From sequence record DRR723986_13700: 64,000 nt of DNA; one strand, given 5' to 3'. The translations under genes were made by a program, and so were the position numbers. The notes beneath the pieces are model-generated. The model was not told where the DNA came from. It searched no databases and saw only the letters and a list, made by a program, of their open reading frames with translations. Below, piece by piece: positions 61,706-64,000 of the stretch (position 1 is the first letter of the stretch; each line of letters begins with the position of its first letter).

Positions 61706-62680
61706 CTATTTATCTAATAAAAAAGTCAATGGTATATCTAAACGTTGATTCCATGAGTTTTCAGAGTGATCTGTTCCTTCAAAAAATCTGTTTTTAGAGT
61801 CCTTTTCTGTATAGCCTTTTGCTTTTAAAATTTCATCTACTCTAGGTGCATATTGTGGATAATGCATATCTAAAGTTTTATTGCCGTAATCGAAATACAA
61901 CTTATGATTTCCTGCTTCCGGTAAGTGGGCTTCCATATATTTAAAAATGGCATCAGGATATGGATTGTTGTCCATTGGCATAGCACCAACCCAATGTGTA
62001 GACACACACGCAGCTCCTCCAAAAACCTCTGGATATTCACTGATTGCATACATAGACATTAAACCTCCCATACTCGAACCCATAACAAATGTATGTTGAC
62101 TATCCGTGTATACAGAATATTGCCTATCTACAAAAGGCTTTATCTCTTGCGTCAAACATTTTAAATAATTATCACCATTGAGCATTATGTTCTTTTTACC
62201 AGCAATATCCATAAGGGAATCTTTTACACTTTCGTCAATATAATTAAGTGCTTTTTGCGGAAATAAATCTTGCCAACGTATTTGAGGAATATTATGAACC
62301 GCGACAACAATAAAGTCATTAGTCTTTTTTTGGTCCATTAATTGTGTTGCCCACTCATCGACTTTCCATTCTTGCTTATTCCATGTTGTGGTGCTATCAA
62401 ACAGCATTTGCCCATCGTGTATATACAATACACAATATTTTTTATCTCTGGTATAGTCTTTTGGCAACCATATGTCTGCTGGTCTTGGCACAATGTGTTT
62501 AGAAGGAAAACTATCTATCCTAATTAATTTACCTGCAAATAACTTGACGTTCTCCACAGTTTCTAAATTATATAAAACTTTAGATATAATCTGTGGTTTT
62601 ACCTCATCTAATTTTTCATTCTTTTCATTTTTACATGACAGTACTAAAAGAAGAACAAATATGAACAGTAGATTTTTCAT
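61706..62680 (-). CDS. Alpha/beta hydrolase (putative esterase), lipoprotein
   Basis: Lipobox VLSC; HDGQ, GSSMGG, YFDYG, H.E.SW. Confidence 0.85.
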   Translation of the reverse strand: MKNLLFIFVLLLVLSCKNEKNEKLDEVKPQIISKVLYNLETVENVKLFAGKLIRIDSFPSKHIVPRPADIWLPKDYTRDKKYCVLYIHDGQMLFDSTTTWNKQEWKVDEWATQLMDQKKTNDFIVVAVHNIPQIRWQDLFPQKALNYIDESVKDSLMDIAGKKNIMLNGDNYLKCLTQEIKPFVDRQYSVYTDSQHTFVMGSSMGGLMSMYAISEYPEVFGGAACVSTHWVGAMPMDNNPYPDAIFKYMEAHLPEAGNHKLYFDYGNKTLDMHYPQYAPRVDEILKAKGYTEKDSKNRFFEGTDHSENSWNQRLDIPLTFLLDK

Positions 62681-62682
62681 TG

Positions 62683-64000
62683 TTACAGCTTAGTAGTTAA
62701 TATAATACTACCCTCTTCATTAAGCTTAATACTATCTCCCCAAACCATTGTTTCACCAGTAATGATATTTTTAAGTGTTTTACCTTTTAAGCCCATTTCT
62801 TCATGATATTTTAAATCAATTTCAATAGGTTCATCATTTTTATTTATGATGTGTACTACAGTTTCCTCACCACTTGTGCGATATAAGAAATATGTTCCCA
62901 TAAATGGCGCAAAATGTTTCGTTTCACCATTTTGTATTGCCTCACTGTTTTTTCTGTAATTCAGTACTTTCTTTAGGAAGGATTGCATGTCTTTTTGCTC
63001 TGTAGTTAAGCCTTCACCAGTAAAGGCGTTAACGGCATCACCTTGCCATCCACCAGGGAAATCCGTTCTAATTAATCCGTGATCTCCTGGATTAGCTGTA
63101 TCATCCATTAGTATCTCTGTACCATAATAAATCTGTGGTATCCTAGGCATCATTAACATATAACTTAAAGCCATTTTTGCTTTTGTAGCATCTTCTCCAA
63201 CCTCAGTATATATTCTACTTTTATCATGGTTGTCTAAAAACACCATGATATCATTTGGCGACTTATAGGCAAAATCATTGGCCAAGCCTTCATACAGTTT
63301 TACCAATCCTTTATCCCAGGATTCTTCTTCTTTGACTCCGTCAATAATGGCCTTTTGCATTGGGAAATCCATAGACGATTTTAAATTAGATTTATAACCA
63401 TCTGCGTTCTCTTTACCATCTTGCCAATAGGCAACTAAAAGAGGATTATAACTCCATTCTTCTCCAACTATTGAGAAATTTGGATATTCTTCCATAATCG
63501 CTCCTGCCCAATCAGTCATAAAATCTTTATCTGGATATGGATAAGTATCTTGTCTAATACCACCAAGATCCAAGGTTTCAATCCACCAAATACTGTTTTG
63601 AATAATATAATTGGCCATAAAAGGATTACGTTGGTTTAAATCTGGCATGCCTTTTACAAACCAACCATCTGTCATTCCTTGATGATCCTTTTCAGAAGCA
63701 TAAGGATCTTGATTGGTTGTTCGTCTATGATTAGAATATATGGTTTTTTGCCAATCCCAATTGTCTATATTCTCTTCATAGTTTTCTTGAAAGTTAACCC
63801 AATCTTTAAATGGTAAGTCTTTCATCCACCAATGTTCTAATCCACAGTGATTAGCCACCTGATCCATAATTAACTTCATGCCTTTCTCCTTTAATTTTGA
63901 AGAAAATTCTTTGTAATCATCCAATGTGCCGATTCGTGGATCTACCTTATGATAATCTGTAATAGCATAGCCATGATATGAACCTTGAGGCATATCATTT
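62683..64000 (-). CDS. GH13 neopullulanase/cyclomaltodextrinase (SusA-like), 5' part outside the window
   Basis: SYHGYA, VANH, MPDLN, GIRQDTYPY, GEEW, DNHD, PQIYYGTE; frame open to the window edge. Confidence 0.88.
   Translation of the reverse strand, partial: NDMPQGSYHGYAITDYHKVDPRIGTLDDYKEFSSKLKEKGMKLIMDQVANHCGLEHWWMKDLPFKDWVNFQENYEENIDNWDWQKTIYSNHRRTTNQDPYASEKDHQGMTDGWFVKGMPDLNQRNPFMANYIIQNSIWWIETLDLGGIRQDTYPYPDKDFMTDWAGAIMEEYPNFSIVGEEWSYNPLLVAYWQDGKENADGYKSNLKSSMDFPMQKAIIDGVKEEESWDKGLVKLYEGLANDFAYKSPNDIMVFLDNHDKSRIYTEVGEDATKAKMALSYMLMMPRIPQIYYGTEILMDDTANPGDHGLIRTDFPGGWQGDAVNAFTGEGLTTEQKDMQSFLKKVLNYRKNSEAIQNGETKHFAPFMGTYFLYRTSGEETVVHIINKNDEPIEIDLKYHEEMGLKGKTLKNIITGETMVWGDSIKLNEEGSIILTTKL

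Noticed and set aside
599-62693. Short ORF-track calls antisense to or nested in long genes (e.g. 599-823, 2676-2963, 4353-4688, 14784-15101, 41109-41324, 62472-62693)
   Set aside because: Shadow frames of well-supported genes with no recognisable motifs
1-64000. CRISPR arrays, tRNA/rRNA genes, IS elements, prophage
   Set aside because: No repeat-spacer periodicity, structural RNA signatures, or transposase/integrase/phage genes recognised by eye; covariance-model searches were not run

Overview
AT-rich chromosomal window from a Flavobacteriaceae-like bacterium (Bacteroidota). The assignment is inferred from gene content, TAnnTTTG promoter elements and Sus-type enzymes. In order, the window holds: ilvA and gapN; gltBD divergent from a porin-glnK-amtB nitrogen operon; ppc and leuACDB; a SAM-I riboswitch ahead of metY-OsmC-metX; guanine deaminase; an 8-gene arsenosugar-type operon (AhpD-like, radical SAM ArsS, exported rhodanese, CofC-like transferase, purine nucleoside phosphorylase, ArsM, DUF547, GT2); an AraC/YceI unit; GH113 plus a phosphoesterase; a flavoprotein / membrane 4Fe-4S / GT2 / GT2 / GT-C module; an M61-like protein; a pseudouridine-synthase-like protein; nitrilase; UbiA-mvk-mvaD; SelO; a broken HD/GAF gene pair; and the distal part of an alpha-glucan utilisation locus (GH13 x3, GH31, GH97, esterase). 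The best candidate for an undescribed system is the extended arsenosugar locus (about 24.1-41.8 kb). It appears to encode steps beyond ArsM/ArsS (phosphorolysis, nucleotide activation, glycosyl transfer, redox supply, lipid-linked envelope glycosylation), and its two modules share an upstream motif. Other points: two likely pseudo-enzymes, three candidate operator sets, and five ORF lesions that may be assembly errors. No rRNA, tRNA, CRISPR array or mobile element was recognised. All family assignments come from motif recognition, not database searches.
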